Shown here one piece after another: positions 1 through 7,574 of a DNA stretch of 24,215 bases. The notes under the pieces are model-generated. The model was not told the origin of the DNA. It ran no database searches and saw only the letters and a list, made by a program, of their open reading frames with translations. The stretch covers positions 1 to 24,215 of IMG/VR virus record IMGVR_UViG_3300017784_008249; one strand, given 5' to 3'. The stretch is from a virus. Its lineage: Duplodnaviria; Caudoviricetes. The position numbers and the translations under genes are program-made. Each line of letters opens with the position of its first letter. Within the stretch, counting starts at the first letter, position 1.

Positions 1-107
1 AGATCCTGTGCGTGGCCATATGCCTCTTCGTCCATGGCCTTGCCGTAGCTGATCTCGAGGAAGTCCAGAGTAGACCGGATCTGCTCGATGCTGAGGTAGT
101 TGTACAT
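1..107 (-). CDS. Small early phage protein, runs off the window edge (MYNYLSIEQIRSTLDFLEISYGKAMDEEAYGHAQD...)
   Basis: Read manually: ATG at 107 with an AAAGGAAA RBS and a consensus promoter at 138-166; frame is open to the window edge. Confidence 0.75.
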   Translation of the reverse strand, partial: MYNYLSIEQIRSTLDFLEISYGKAMDEEAYGHAQD

Positions 108-137
108 GCTGTTTTCCTTTGTTTTCATCATATTATT

Positions 138-166
138 AGTATACGACATTATGATGTAAATGTCAA
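138..166 (-). promoter_or_regulatory. Sigma70-type early promoter
   Basis: TTGACA(166-161)-17 nt-TATACT(143-138); leader near-identical to the cassette at 4136-4173. Confidence 0.85.
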
Positions 167-888
167 TTAGTTTTTATAAAAAAATTGCCATCTTTATCTT
201 CAATCAATGCAGTGCAACTTTCGACCCAATCGCCACAGTTCATATAGGTCAGTCCATTTATATCGCGTATATTTGCATGATGAATATGACCACAGATGAT
301 ACCCGAAGCACCTTTCGTTTTTGCATAGTTTAATAGACTCTCTTCGTAATCTGATATGAAGTTTACAGCCCTTTTCACTTTATATTTTGCCCATGCGCTT
401 AGAGACCAATAAGGCAGGTTGAATAATTTTCTGATCTTAGCAATGCCTGTATTAAACATGATAGAGACATCGTACGCCCAGCTCCCAAAATGACTCAGCC
501 ATTTCATCTTATTAACAACTGCATCAAACTGATCACCGTGAAGGACTAGCATTTTCTTATTGTCAATCGTCATGTGTATAGCAGTGTCTTCTATGATGAT
601 ATTGCCAAACATCTGAGGAGCAAACACTCTGAGGAACTCGTCATGATTGCCAGCAATATAATAGATCTTGGTCCCTTTGCGACCTTTACGAAAGATTTTC
701 TGTATCACATCATTATGGGATTGAGGCCAAAAAAAAGTCTTGCTGAGAGCCCAACCATCGATCAGGTCCCCAACAAGATATAAGTTATCACACTCGAATG
801 TTTTTAAAAAATCTAACAGCTGATCAGCTTGGCACATCTTCGTTCCGAGATGAACATCAGATATGAAAACCGAACGATAGTGTTCCAT
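163..888 (-). CDS. Calcineurin-like metallophosphoesterase, YbbF/LpxH (UDP-2,3-diacylglucosamine hydrolase)-like
   Basis: Complete metallophosphoesterase motif set: SDVHLG, LVGDLID, GNHD, HGD, CGHIH, plus the NCGDWVESCTAL tail typical of the YbbF/LpxH-like group. Confidence 0.85.
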   Translation of the reverse strand: MEHYRSVFISDVHLGTKMCQADQLLDFLKTFECDNLYLVGDLIDGWALSKTFFWPQSHNDVIQKIFRKGRKGTKIYYIAGNHDEFLRVFAPQMFGNIIIEDTAIHMTIDNKKMLVLHGDQFDAVVNKMKWLSHFGSWAYDVSIMFNTGIAKIRKLFNLPYWSLSAWAKYKVKRAVNFISDYEESLLNYAKTKGASGIICGHIHHANIRDINGLTYMNCGDWVESCTALIEDKDGNFFIKTN

Positions 889-903
889 TTTAGATATGTC
901 TTA

Positions 904-1029
904 TCATTCGTAATACTCAAAGTTATGATGTTCACACCAAGGCGTATGAACATGCTCGGTTGATAATGTAAATGCTAATGCAACGATCAGCATGAACGGT
1001 GAAAACATTATTGCAATTGTTTTAGCCAT
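904..1029 (-). CDS. Small putative membrane protein, 41 aa (MAKTIAIMFSPFMLIVALAFTLSTEHVHTPWCEHHNFEYYE)
   Basis: Read manually, below the ORF-track cutoff; ATG overlaps the end of the upstream gene, fills the operon gap, one hydrophobic helix. Confidence 0.6.
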   Translation of the reverse strand: MAKTIAIMFSPFMLIVALAFTLSTEHVHTPWCEHHNFEYYE

Positions 1030-1456
1030 TTATGATCTCCAATCTATCTTTTACAACTTTAAACCTAACTACATTGTAGTCATTATAACTATCACCACCA
1101 TACCTAAAGTAGTCACGTCCCCCATCGATATACGCTCCATTCTTTAAGCTACGAAAATCATGACGATATCGTGAGTACACTACTTGATCTTCTGTTTCCA
1201 ATCCTGTATACACAACATCTTCAACAGCTGTTATTCCGTCAGCAATCATGGGATTACCATTCAACATAAACATAGCAAAGTAATTAGAACCTTCAGGATG
1301 TGCCTTATCCGTATAGAAGATAGCAGTAGGGAAGTTTAACCATTTGCCTTTGGCATCCTTGATACAAGCCTCAAACACGTACTTAGCTGCATATTTATCT
1401 TCAATATCTTTGATATGCTCTTGTGATAGAAAATCACTGTCTACTAGTATGTTCAT
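1022..1456 (-). CDS. Hypothetical phage protein (YSRYRHDF...IDGGRDY motif)
   Basis: 144-aa ORF, 4-bp ATGA overlap with the upstream gene. Confidence 0.8.
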   Translation of the reverse strand: MNILVDSDFLSQEHIKDIEDKYAAKYVFEACIKDAKGKWLNFPTAIFYTDKAHPEGSNYFAMFMLNGNPMIADGITAVEDVVYTGLETEDQVVYSRYRHDFRSLKNGAYIDGGRDYFRYGGDSYNDYNVVRFKVVKDRLEIING

Positions 1457-1785
1457 TTCTTCTTCCTCTTTTTCTTGAAGAACTTGACGTAGATGTTATC
1501 TAGCCCTGCTTTGTTTGGATGCTTGTGGATCCATTGTCCTGTATGGAGACTGAAATGCTCTCTAAAGAAATCATCCATCAACTCGTTGCTTGTGACTACC
1601 TGTACGTTAATCTTTTCAGCTAACTGATCAAACTCTGCATCTGACATTATAGGATCATCATACACCTCATAGGTATAAGCTGCAACAGATAATCTGATCC
1701 TGTTACGAGTTTCTTTCTCAACCTCTGATCCCCATGTTGACGGGACATAAGGTGCTGTCCCGTCAAAGTACTGATCTAAGCTCAT
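1453..1785 (-). CDS. Stand-alone protein resembling the N-terminal (Ia) subdomain of NAD-dependent DNA ligase
   Basis: AYTYEVYDDPIMSDAEFDQL matches the LigA Ia motif Y(Y)xxDxPxxSDxE(Y/F)D; AGGA RBS; no adenylation domain. Confidence 0.65.
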   Translation of the reverse strand: MSLDQYFDGTAPYVPSTWGSEVEKETRNRIRLSVAAYTYEVYDDPIMSDAEFDQLAEKINVQVVTSNELMDDFFREHFSLHTGQWIHKHPNKAGLDNIYVKFFKKKRKKK

Positions 1786-1813
1786 TGTGTCAATTCCTGA
1801 TTAATATGTTGAG

Positions 1814-2668
1814 TTATCGACAACAAGTGACCCTAGCTACTTTTTGCCAGTCACCACCTTGTTTGCGCAAAGAACCAATCTTAAGAGCCATGCGCAACGA
1901 AAGTTCACGGAGTTTGTCGTGATTTTTCTCAATGAAAGAGATAACATCCGCCCGAGCTTCAGTAGTCATATCACCAAGTAGTCCCTGACGTATAACCTGA
2001 CGGATGCGAACGAGATAGTCTCGACGTGTCTTCATAGCCAAATCAATATAATGTGCACGAGAAACAAGTGCCTGCAAGTGTGGGGCTAATTTGTGCCCAC
2101 GATCAATCATTGCGTCAAAGTCATAATTCGAGATAAAGATGACGGTACCATTAAAGTCAAAGCTACGAGGGATAAGGTCAGCAGACTCCTCATCAACCAA
2201 CTTACCTTCGGAAAGCCAAGAAATACGACGACGTTCAGTCGTATCACAAACAGCTTTGAGTAGGTTAAGCGAAACGTCGTCAAAGAAAATCGAGTCGGCA
2301 TCATCGAATACGACGACCTGACCATGTTCGCGATACTGATACATCAACTTGACAAGACCAGTCGCACGCACATAACCTTTGACGATAATGTGGTTGATTT
2401 CGTTTGGATCCCATTTAATAAGTGCTTTTTCAACAGTAAAAGATTTTCCAAGACCAGCTGGACCAGAAACAATTAAAGCACGAGAATTACCTACAATACA
2501 AGCCTCAGTAAGTATATCTAGGATGTCAAAACGCTCTGCGATACGAGCGTCAATTTGCTCTTCAGTCTCATACTTGTTCTCAGCGTAAGAGACTTTAACA
2601 TTAGCAATACGATTTATAGAATTAGAACGAGCAGCACGAATTCCAGAATTAGGTTTACCACGAGGCAT
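1814..2668 (-). CDS. P-loop (AAA+-like) ATPase, 284 aa
   Basis: Walker A GPAGLGKS, Walker B VVVFDDAD, sensor-like IFISN, arginine-finger-like ALVSR; start moved to ATG 2668 (AAAGGAA RBS, downstream of the promoter). Confidence 0.85.
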   Translation of the reverse strand: MPRGKPNSGIRAARSNSINRIANVKVSYAENKYETEEQIDARIAERFDILDILTEACIVGNSRALIVSGPAGLGKSFTVEKALIKWDPNEINHIIVKGYVRATGLVKLMYQYREHGQVVVFDDADSIFFDDVSLNLLKAVCDTTERRRISWLSEGKLVDEESADLIPRSFDFNGTVIFISNYDFDAMIDRGHKLAPHLQALVSRAHYIDLAMKTRRDYLVRIRQVIRQGLLGDMTTEARADVISFIEKNHDKLRELSLRMALKIGSLRKQGGDWQKVARVTCCR

Positions 2669-2700
2669 AGAAGTTTCCTTTTGTTCCAAGTTATATAGTA

Positions 2701-2729
2701 ATATTACCATACCCCTACATATAAGTCAA
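2701..2729 (-). promoter_or_regulatory. Sigma70-type early promoter
   Basis: TTGACT(2729-2724)-17 nt-TAATAT(2706-2701). Confidence 0.7.
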
Positions 2730-2947
2730 CCACTATTACACTGTTCTTTTCCATAATCAGTAAATGTTTCAATCTTTTTAATTTCATTAGAAACAGTATT
2801 GCAAACGACCATTACTGCCGTCCAAACAGCCATCGGATTTTCGCTTGCTTTTGCAATTTCTCCGACATACTTAAATGCCTCTTCAAGAGAATTTCTATCA
2901 GCAAACATTCCATTTTTAATGGAGAGCATCAATTTTTCTTTTGTCAT
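2726..2947 (-). CDS. Hypothetical protein
   Basis: 73-aa ORF in a tightly packed minus-strand operon. Confidence 0.7.
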   Translation of the reverse strand: MTKEKLMLSIKNGMFADRNSLEEAFKYVGEIAKASENPMAVWTAVMVVCNTVSNEIKKIETFTDYGKEQCNSG

Positions 2948-2962
2948 TACATTACCACCAAT

Positions 2963-3220
2963 TTACTGAACTTCGTCAATATTGTTTCTTTCAGTGTTAT
3001 ATTGTTGCAGATAATTATTAATCTCGTTCCAGTTTACCTCCGACACAAAAGTAAGTGCATAATCGCGAGCAATACCTTCATGGGTAGAATCAAAAATTTG
3101 ATCATACACAAACTGTTTAAGATCTTCTACCGAATATCCATTCCAATTTCCGCCATCAAATACTTCAAGATTTACTCGCCACGTCGGATAGTTTGTCCAT
3201 CCGTTGTATCTTTCACTCAT
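2963..3220 (-). CDS. Small phage protein with a YNGWTNYxTW motif
   Basis: Start moved to ATG 3220 (MSERYNGWTNYPTW), which removes the overlap with the upstream gene; the motif is common in phage early proteins. Confidence 0.75.
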   Translation of the reverse strand: MSERYNGWTNYPTWRVNLEVFDGGNWNGYSVEDLKQFVYDQIFDSTHEGIARDYALTFVSEVNWNEINNYLQQYNTERNNIDEVQ

Positions 3221-3224
3221 AAAA

Positions 3225-3425
3225 TTATTTTCCAATTGGTCGCTCTGTAACATCGATAATTTCCTCATAAGTGTCATTCCAAAACGGATTATGGTATGTG
3301 TCAAAGGTGCCATGCTGAAGAAACATTAGTTTGACTTCTTCTTCGTTTTTTGCGATAATTTTGTATGCTTTGGTGCCAGTGACTTCTACAACAACTTCGT
3401 ATACTTTTTCTATAGGTAAACTCAT
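3225..3425 (-). CDS. Hypothetical acidic protein
   Basis: 66-aa ORF with a TAATG stop/start overlap. Confidence 0.7.
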   Translation of the reverse strand: MSLPIEKVYEVVVEVTGTKAYKIIAKNEEEVKLMFLQHGTFDTYHNPFWNDTYEEIIDVTERPIGK

Positions 3426-3721
3426 TATGCCGCTACCAAAATTTCTAACGGAACATTATAACTTGCTCTATTATCATATGAATACACAACAGCTTTCTTA
3501 ATTTTGACAGTTTTTACCACACCAGAGTAGTTGATGCCGTTGTGACTAAATTTGACATTCAAACCGACACTGATTTTGGCTTTATTTATTTTTGCTAATT
3601 TATCGCGCCGAAATCTGATAGATTCAATAAGAGCATCAAGCTGATTTTTTGTGGCATCGAGAGTAACATATGCCAGTATAACATTAAAGTCAGTCATGGG
3701 TACTTTTTCCTTTTTACTCAT
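3425..3721 (-). CDS. Hypothetical protein (C-terminal SH3/KOW-like beta region possible)
   Basis: 98-aa ORF starting 9 nt below a -10 box with no SD, so probably near-leaderless. Confidence 0.7.
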   Translation of the reverse strand: MSKKEKVPMTDFNVILAYVTLDATKNQLDALIESIRFRRDKLAKINKAKISVGLNVKFSHNGINYSGVVKTVKIKKAVVYSYDNRASYNVPLEILVAA

Positions 3722-3730
3722 TATATTCTT

Positions 3731-3759
3731 ATAATACGACTTTTATTGATAAAAGTCAA
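3731..3759 (-). promoter_or_regulatory. Sigma70-type early promoter containing a perfect inverted repeat
   Basis: TTGACT(3759-3754)-17 nt-TATTAT(3736-3731)-AAGAATA; IR GACTTTTAT-tg-ATAAAAGTC at 3738-3757. Confidence 0.8.
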
Positions 3760-3775
3760 CTGTTTTTTTGATAGG

Positions 3776-3910
3776 TTAAATACAGATTTGTTTGACTGAA
3801 CAGCGATTACCCGTGACTTCTTCGTAGAACATGACCTCTTCCATCAGGTTCCCGATATCAGCATTGCGGCAGATCTCAACACCATTGTGGTTATATGCTA
3901 CCCAGATCAT
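3776..3910 (-). CDS. Small protein, 44 aa (MIWVAYNHNGVEICRNADIGNLMEEVMFYEEVTGNRCSVKQICI)
   Basis: Read manually; strong AGGAGG RBS; fills the gap between neighbours. Confidence 0.75.
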   Translation of the reverse strand: MIWVAYNHNGVEICRNADIGNLMEEVMFYEEVTGNRCSVKQICI

Positions 3911-3911
3911 A

Positions 3912-4130
3912 TCAACCTCCTCTACGAGCATTGTAGGCAGCTAGGCTAGCTGCATCAGCTCTCAACTCATTATACATAGCCACATCCATGTCATCGGCCA
4001 TATCCTTGAGGTTATTGGCAACCAGGAGGATGGATTCGCAGAGCTGATCCCGAGATGAATTAAAAAGTTTCGCCATATCAGCCAGGGTCTCGAGCTGGAT
4101 GGCCAACGACATTGCTTCGTTCACGTTCAT
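3912..4130 (-). CDS. Small helical early protein (MNVNEAMSLAIQLE...)
   Basis: Start moved to ATG 4130 after the AAAGGAAA RBS; promoter at 4161-4189. Confidence 0.75.
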   Translation of the reverse strand: MNVNEAMSLAIQLETLADMAKLFNSSRDQLCESILLVANNLKDMADDMDVAMYNELRADAASLAAYNARRGG

Positions 4131-4160
4131 TTTCATTTCCTTTGTTCTCATCATATTCTT

Positions 4161-4189
4161 AGTATACGACATTTATCATCAAAAGACAA
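4161..4189 (-). promoter_or_regulatory. Early promoter, leftward member of a divergent pair
   Basis: TTGTCT(4189-4184)-17 nt-TATACT(4166-4161)-AAGAATATG. Confidence 0.8.
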
Positions 4190-4232
4190 TCTATTTCTTT
4201 TGAAAATAAATGTTATTTTTCATGCATATGTG

Positions 4233-4261
4233 TTGACTTTTAGCTGTAGATATCGTATTAT
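4233..4261 (+). promoter_or_regulatory. Early promoter, rightward member of a divergent pair
   Basis: TTGACT(4233-4238)-17 nt-TATTAT(4256-4261)-AAGAATAGG. Confidence 0.8.
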
Positions 4262-4293
4262 AAGAATAGGGCGAAAACAAGGGAAATTAAATT

Positions 4294-4518
4294 ATGACTT
4301 TGCAAGAATTTCAGATGTTTGGTGTTTCAATCGATGATATCAAACGCAATTATATGGAATCATTCATGGCGAAACTCTCTGGTCAAGAGATGGTAATCAT
4401 GTCTATCCTGTCAGATTGCCAAGAACGGCTCTCTTTAGAGAACGTAAATAAAGAACAAATTCGCAAACAACTTAACATTGCAAAACACATTCTTTACGTT
4501 CACGGCGTGAAAAATTGA
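4294..4518 (+). CDS. Hypothetical early protein
   Basis: 74-aa ORF, AAGGGA RBS, own promoter. Confidence 0.8.
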   Translation: MTLQEFQMFGVSIDDIKRNYMESFMAKLSGQEMVIMSILSDCQERLSLENVNKEQIRKQLNIAKHILYVHGVKN

Positions 4519-4520
4519 TG

Positions 4521-4549
4521 TTGATTTTTGTCAATTTTTGTAGTATAAT
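4521..4549 (+). promoter_or_regulatory. Sigma70-type promoter
   Basis: TTGATT-17 nt-TATAAT; the leader resembles the one upstream of the ATPase gene. Confidence 0.75.
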
Positions 4550-4579
4550 TACAATATAGCTTGGAAAAAGGAATACAAA

Positions 4580-5125
4580 ATGCCAAATTGGTGCTATAAC
4601 TCTTTATCTGTCTCTCACGAAGATCCCGCAATGATTGAGCGTTTCGTTGCTGCTGTCGAAAATGATCGTTTGTTAAACGAATTCGTTCCGATGCCTGAGG
4701 AACTGCGTAGCACCACGTCGCCTTCGCCGACGAATGAGTCGTTGGTAGAGAAGTATGGCGTTTCGGATTGGTATTCGTGGTCCGTTGAAAACTGGGGCAC
4801 GAAGTGGGATATCTCTGATGCCTGTGCTGATTGCATAGACAAAAACAGTGTCACTGCTGGGTTTAACACTGCTTGGTCGCCACCGATTGAATTCTATCAA
4901 AAATTGGAAACTCTCGGATTTACTGTTGATGCCACATATACCGAAGAGGGTATGGGGTTTGCAGGACATTTTGAGAATGGCATAGACGATTGTATTGACC
5001 TCAACTTTGATGACAAAAGTCAGGGCTGGATAGATCAGATTGATGATGAAACATTACGCGAGGTTGTTCAAAGTCAGTTTGATCAGTGGCTTGAGTATCA
5101 GGAAGAAAATGAGGAGGCTGTATAA
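4580..5125 (+). CDS. DUF1281/YubB-like (ferredoxin-like fold) phage/plasmid protein
   Basis: Signature motifs MPNWCxN, WxxxNWGTKWD and FxTAWSPP; AAAGGAA RBS. Confidence 0.8.
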   Translation: MPNWCYNSLSVSHEDPAMIERFVAAVENDRLLNEFVPMPEELRSTTSPSPTNESLVEKYGVSDWYSWSVENWGTKWDISDACADCIDKNSVTAGFNTAWSPPIEFYQKLETLGFTVDATYTEEGMGFAGHFENGIDDCIDLNFDDKSQGWIDQIDDETLREVVQSQFDQWLEYQEENEEAV

Positions 5126-5337
5126 TGGCAATGAAGGTCATCTCTGGGTATAATGACTCCGAGTGGGAAGCCCACAAGGATATGTTCTACGCTAACTTCA
5201 ATCCTGATGATTGGGATTATATGATCATCGGTGATGGTCAGTGGGACGTAGATTACTTGGCTTCAAAGCTGTATGTCTGCGACTACGAAGTAAAAGAGAT
5301 TGGCGATAAGTGGGTTGCTGTAACGTATCACGCCTGA
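5125..5337 (+). CDS. Hypothetical acidic protein
   Basis: GGAGG RBS, TAATG overlap. Confidence 0.75.
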   Translation: MAMKVISGYNDSEWEAHKDMFYANFNPDDWDYMIIGDGQWDVDYLASKLYVCDYEVKEIGDKWVAVTYHA

Positions 5338-5344
5338 GGGTATT

Positions 5345-5722
5345 ATGAGGCTGCGAGTACGAGTCGAAAATTCTAAGTATAAAGAAAGATATCGATATGC
5401 TTCGAATGTATATATTCCTGAGTATAATGATTACGAAGGTGAGATATATCCCAACCCGAAGTGGGTTCGGAACGACTCTTTTTGCATTACGACTACTGAT
5501 AATCAATTCACTTTCCGAGTCATCGAAAAAGACAAAATTGTTTGTGGTTGGAGAGTCATTGAAACGACAAAAAATATTATAAGTATATTGGTTCCGACTC
5601 CGAAAACAACGTATATTGTCACGAGCGATGGGATTAATCATTCCTGTAATTGCATTGGATTTTCATATCGTAGAACCTGCTCTCACGTAAAGGAAATTGA
5701 AAATGGACTCCATTCCTCCTAA
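5345..5722 (+). CDS. SWIM-type zinc finger protein
   Basis: C-terminal CNCIGFSYRRTCSH (CxC-x8-CxH); GAGG RBS. Confidence 0.8.
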   Translation: MRLRVRVENSKYKERYRYASNVYIPEYNDYEGEIYPNPKWVRNDSFCITTTDNQFTFRVIEKDKIVCGWRVIETTKNIISILVPTPKTTYIVTSDGINHSCNCIGFSYRRTCSHVKEIENGLHSS

Positions 5723-5906
5723 CGAAAATAACTGGCCATATGCAGTTGCTTCTCGAATAGTTATCACTGATAAAAATGGTAAACAAAAAGAAACCGATCA
5801 CCTAGATTATTGCATAAGTTCAGAGCATGCTATGGCTATAGCACATCAATCCCTTGCTGCAGGTAGAGTAGGCGTAATTGTTATTGACTTAAATCAAAAA
5901 GTGTAG
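5703..5906 (+). CDS. Hypothetical protein
   Basis: AAGGA RBS before ATG 5703 (MDSIPP...). Confidence 0.65.
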   Translation: MDSIPPNENNWPYAVASRIVITDKNGKQKETDHLDYCISSEHAMAIAHQSLAAGRVGVIVIDLNQKV

Positions 5907-5912
5907 TAGTAT
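5884..5912 (+). promoter_or_regulatory. Sigma70-type promoter
   Basis: TTGACT(5884-5889)-17 nt-TAGTAT(5907-5912). Confidence 0.75.
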
Positions 5913-5939
5913 TATAATATGGTTGATAAAGGGAATAAA

Positions 5940-6152
5940 ATGGAATACTATACTCCTCGTCACGGCGGACCTTATGATCGGGGTGGAGCTGACTCCTACT
6001 ATAGACGTGGCCCACAGCCTCATTTCTACGTTGAAGACACTGGCTCATCTCGCCGTATTGAGCGTTTTGAGATGCGCGATGAAGAGATCAAAGCGTACAT
6101 GGCGGGATATAACGAAAATGAAAAATCAGCCAATTTCAAAAATTGGGAATAA
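5940..6152 (+). CDS. Small phage protein (RHGGPYDRGGADSYYRR motif)
   Basis: AAGGGA RBS before ATG 5940; in-frame ATG also at 5919. Confidence 0.8.
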   Translation: MEYYTPRHGGPYDRGGADSYYRRGPQPHFYVEDTGSSRRIERFEMRDEEIKAYMAGYNENEKSANFKNWE

Positions 6153-6188
6153 GATTTTAACATGAACAACTCTCAGGAGAGAACCAAA

Positions 6189-6386
6189 ATGCGTACACCT
6201 TCAACAGAAGAGCGTCTAGAGCAAGAATTTTGCGAAATGATTAATGAAGAAGGACCTGTAGTTATCATGGGTATTAGTTTTGATCGCAGTCACATTCTTA
6301 AAGAAATGGACCCTATTGCCTATGACATTGGGCTGGGCGACTTCTTTGACGTTATGGGATTTGATCCAGATTATGATGGACATTGA
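6189..6386 (+). CDS. Small acidic phage protein (LKEMDPIAY motif)
   Basis: CAGGAG RBS before ATG 6189. Confidence 0.75.
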   Translation: MRTPSTEERLEQEFCEMINEEGPVVIMGISFDRSHILKEMDPIAYDIGLGDFFDVMGFDPDYDGH

Positions 6387-6387
6387 A

Positions 6388-6666
6388 ATGCTTGCACCGA
6401 TTGATGTTAAACCTCTGGGTTGTTTTGTAGAAAAATCTCATGGTAGGACGTTTGAATATGCCATTAACGATGACTTAATTCTTTCACCATTAGCACATGG
6501 TGGAAAGAATGTTCATTTCCCACATAAGATTTTTGTTGGACCAAACGCTGCTCCGAGGTTTGCTTATGTAAAGGGATACGTTGCGTATGTGATTGTGGAT
6601 GAGAATGATTTTGGCTGGGTTGTTGAAAAATGGAATATCAAAAACCACAAGAACTATGCAAATTGA
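6388..6666 (+). CDS. Hypothetical protein
   Basis: Start moved to ATG 6388, directly after the upstream stop. Confidence 0.7.
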   Translation: MLAPIDVKPLGCFVEKSHGRTFEYAINDDLILSPLAHGGKNVHFPHKIFVGPNAAPRFAYVKGYVAYVIVDENDFGWVVEKWNIKNHKNYAN

Positions 6667-6669
6667 AAA

Positions 6670-6814
6670 GCAATAACCAACATACCAACAATGACAGCAC
6701 CAACATACCAACATGACAAAACATCAATACCAACAATGACAGCAAGTATAACCAAAACATCAATACCAACAATGGTGACCAACAATGTCAGCAAGTATAA
6801 CCAAAACATCAATA
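6670..6814. repeat. A/C-rich nested direct repeats (ACCAACA, ATACCAACAATG), including a 37-bp duplication
   Basis: 6729-6765 and 6778-6814 (ACCAACAATG[A/T]CAGCAAGTATAACCAAAACATCAATA) differ at 1 position; partial copies lie upstream. Confidence 0.9.
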
Positions 6815-7018
6815 TTATCTAAGCAAACTCGAACACTCAAAATACCAGAATATAACTCTTTAGAATTCGAGAAACGTCTGAATGCATATAGTAATGGTTT
6901 GATGTCATTACAAGAAGCATTCCCAGATCTATCACAAAGCGTAAAGGAATTTATCAAAACTGGAGTAACGGATGAAGAATGGGATGAATATATGTGTGGT
7001 AATGTAAATGATATATAG
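6785..7018 (+). CDS. Small phage protein (LQEAFPDLS...EFIKTG..DEEWD motif)
   Basis: 77-aa ORF with a protein-like motif pattern; weak RBS. Confidence 0.7.
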   Translation: MSASITKTSILSKQTRTLKIPEYNSLEFEKRLNAYSNGLMSLQEAFPDLSQSVKEFIKTGVTDEEWDEYMCGNVNDI

Positions 7019-7020
7019 AG

Positions 7021-7104
7021 GTCACTACAGTAGGTGATCGTGTCACTGTTATAGGTGACTATGTCACTACAGTGGGTGATCGTGTCACTACAGTGGGTGA
7101 TGAG
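7021..7104. repeat. Four tandem 21-bp units, each GTCAC-N8-GTGAY-N3
   Basis: GTCACTACAGTAGGTGATCGT / GTCACTGTTATAGGTGACTAT / GTCACTACAGTGGGTGATCGT / GTCACTACAGTGGGTGATGAG. Confidence 0.95.
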
Positions 7105-7274
7105 TAGGGATAATAATTGGATATTAGATGTGTTTTTATGGGGGATTATAAAGCCCGTTATAGAAATCTCGTTGATGTTCGTCTGATGTGTTTTGTGTCT
7201 GCCAAAGTGAATGCTCCACCATATATGCCATGATGCATCATGATAATGCTCAATGCCATAGCCTTTATTCACCT

Positions 7275-7303
7275 ATTATAGCGTGTTTTGTTATCCGTCA
7301 CAA
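7275..7303 (-). promoter_or_regulatory. Candidate leftward promoter
   Basis: TTGTGA(7303-7298)-17 nt-TATAAT(7280-7275). Confidence 0.5.
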
Positions 7304-7444
7304 CAAATCATTTTGCTTGCTTTTTACCTATTTTTGTGGTATACTTGGTTTGGTATTCATTTGTTTGTCATCAGGAGCAAGTAAACAGGAAATCTCAACG
7401 TTCTCGTCTAGGCACATGGGACATTCCCGACCGACTCAATTATT

Positions 7445-7473
7445 ATAATACGACATATCCTTACATAACACAA
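7445..7473 (-). promoter_or_regulatory. Leftward promoter of the phage early class with no convincing downstream gene
   Basis: TTGTGT-17 nt ending ATGTCG-TATTAT-AATAAT; same TGTCG-TA context as the promoters at 138-166 and 4161-4189. Confidence 0.65.
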
Positions 7474-7516
7474 CAGTTATTATTGAAAAAATAAAAGAAA
7501 AATGCGCAGATAATTG

Positions 7517-7545
7517 TTTACTTAATTGGCATTATGCGTTATTAT
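7517..7545 (+). promoter_or_regulatory. Early promoter cassette
   Basis: TTTACT-17 nt ending TGCGT-TATTAT-AAGAATAGG. Confidence 0.75.
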
Positions 7546-7574
7546 AAGAATAGGATGATTAATGGAGATTGAAA

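Noticed and set aside
7021-7104. CRISPR array or SP6-type promoter (TAGGTGAC..TAT)
   Set aside because: Units are contiguous with no unique spacers and no cas genes; the match to the SP6 promoter is only partial
6760-7272. 170-aa minus-strand ORF
   Set aside because: Antisense to a credible gene, kept open by the 21-bp repeats, no RBS, implausible composition
7188-7494. Plus-strand ORFs 7188-7448 and 7288-7494
   Set aside because: No RBS, non-ATG starts, overlap promoter motifs, no protein-like features
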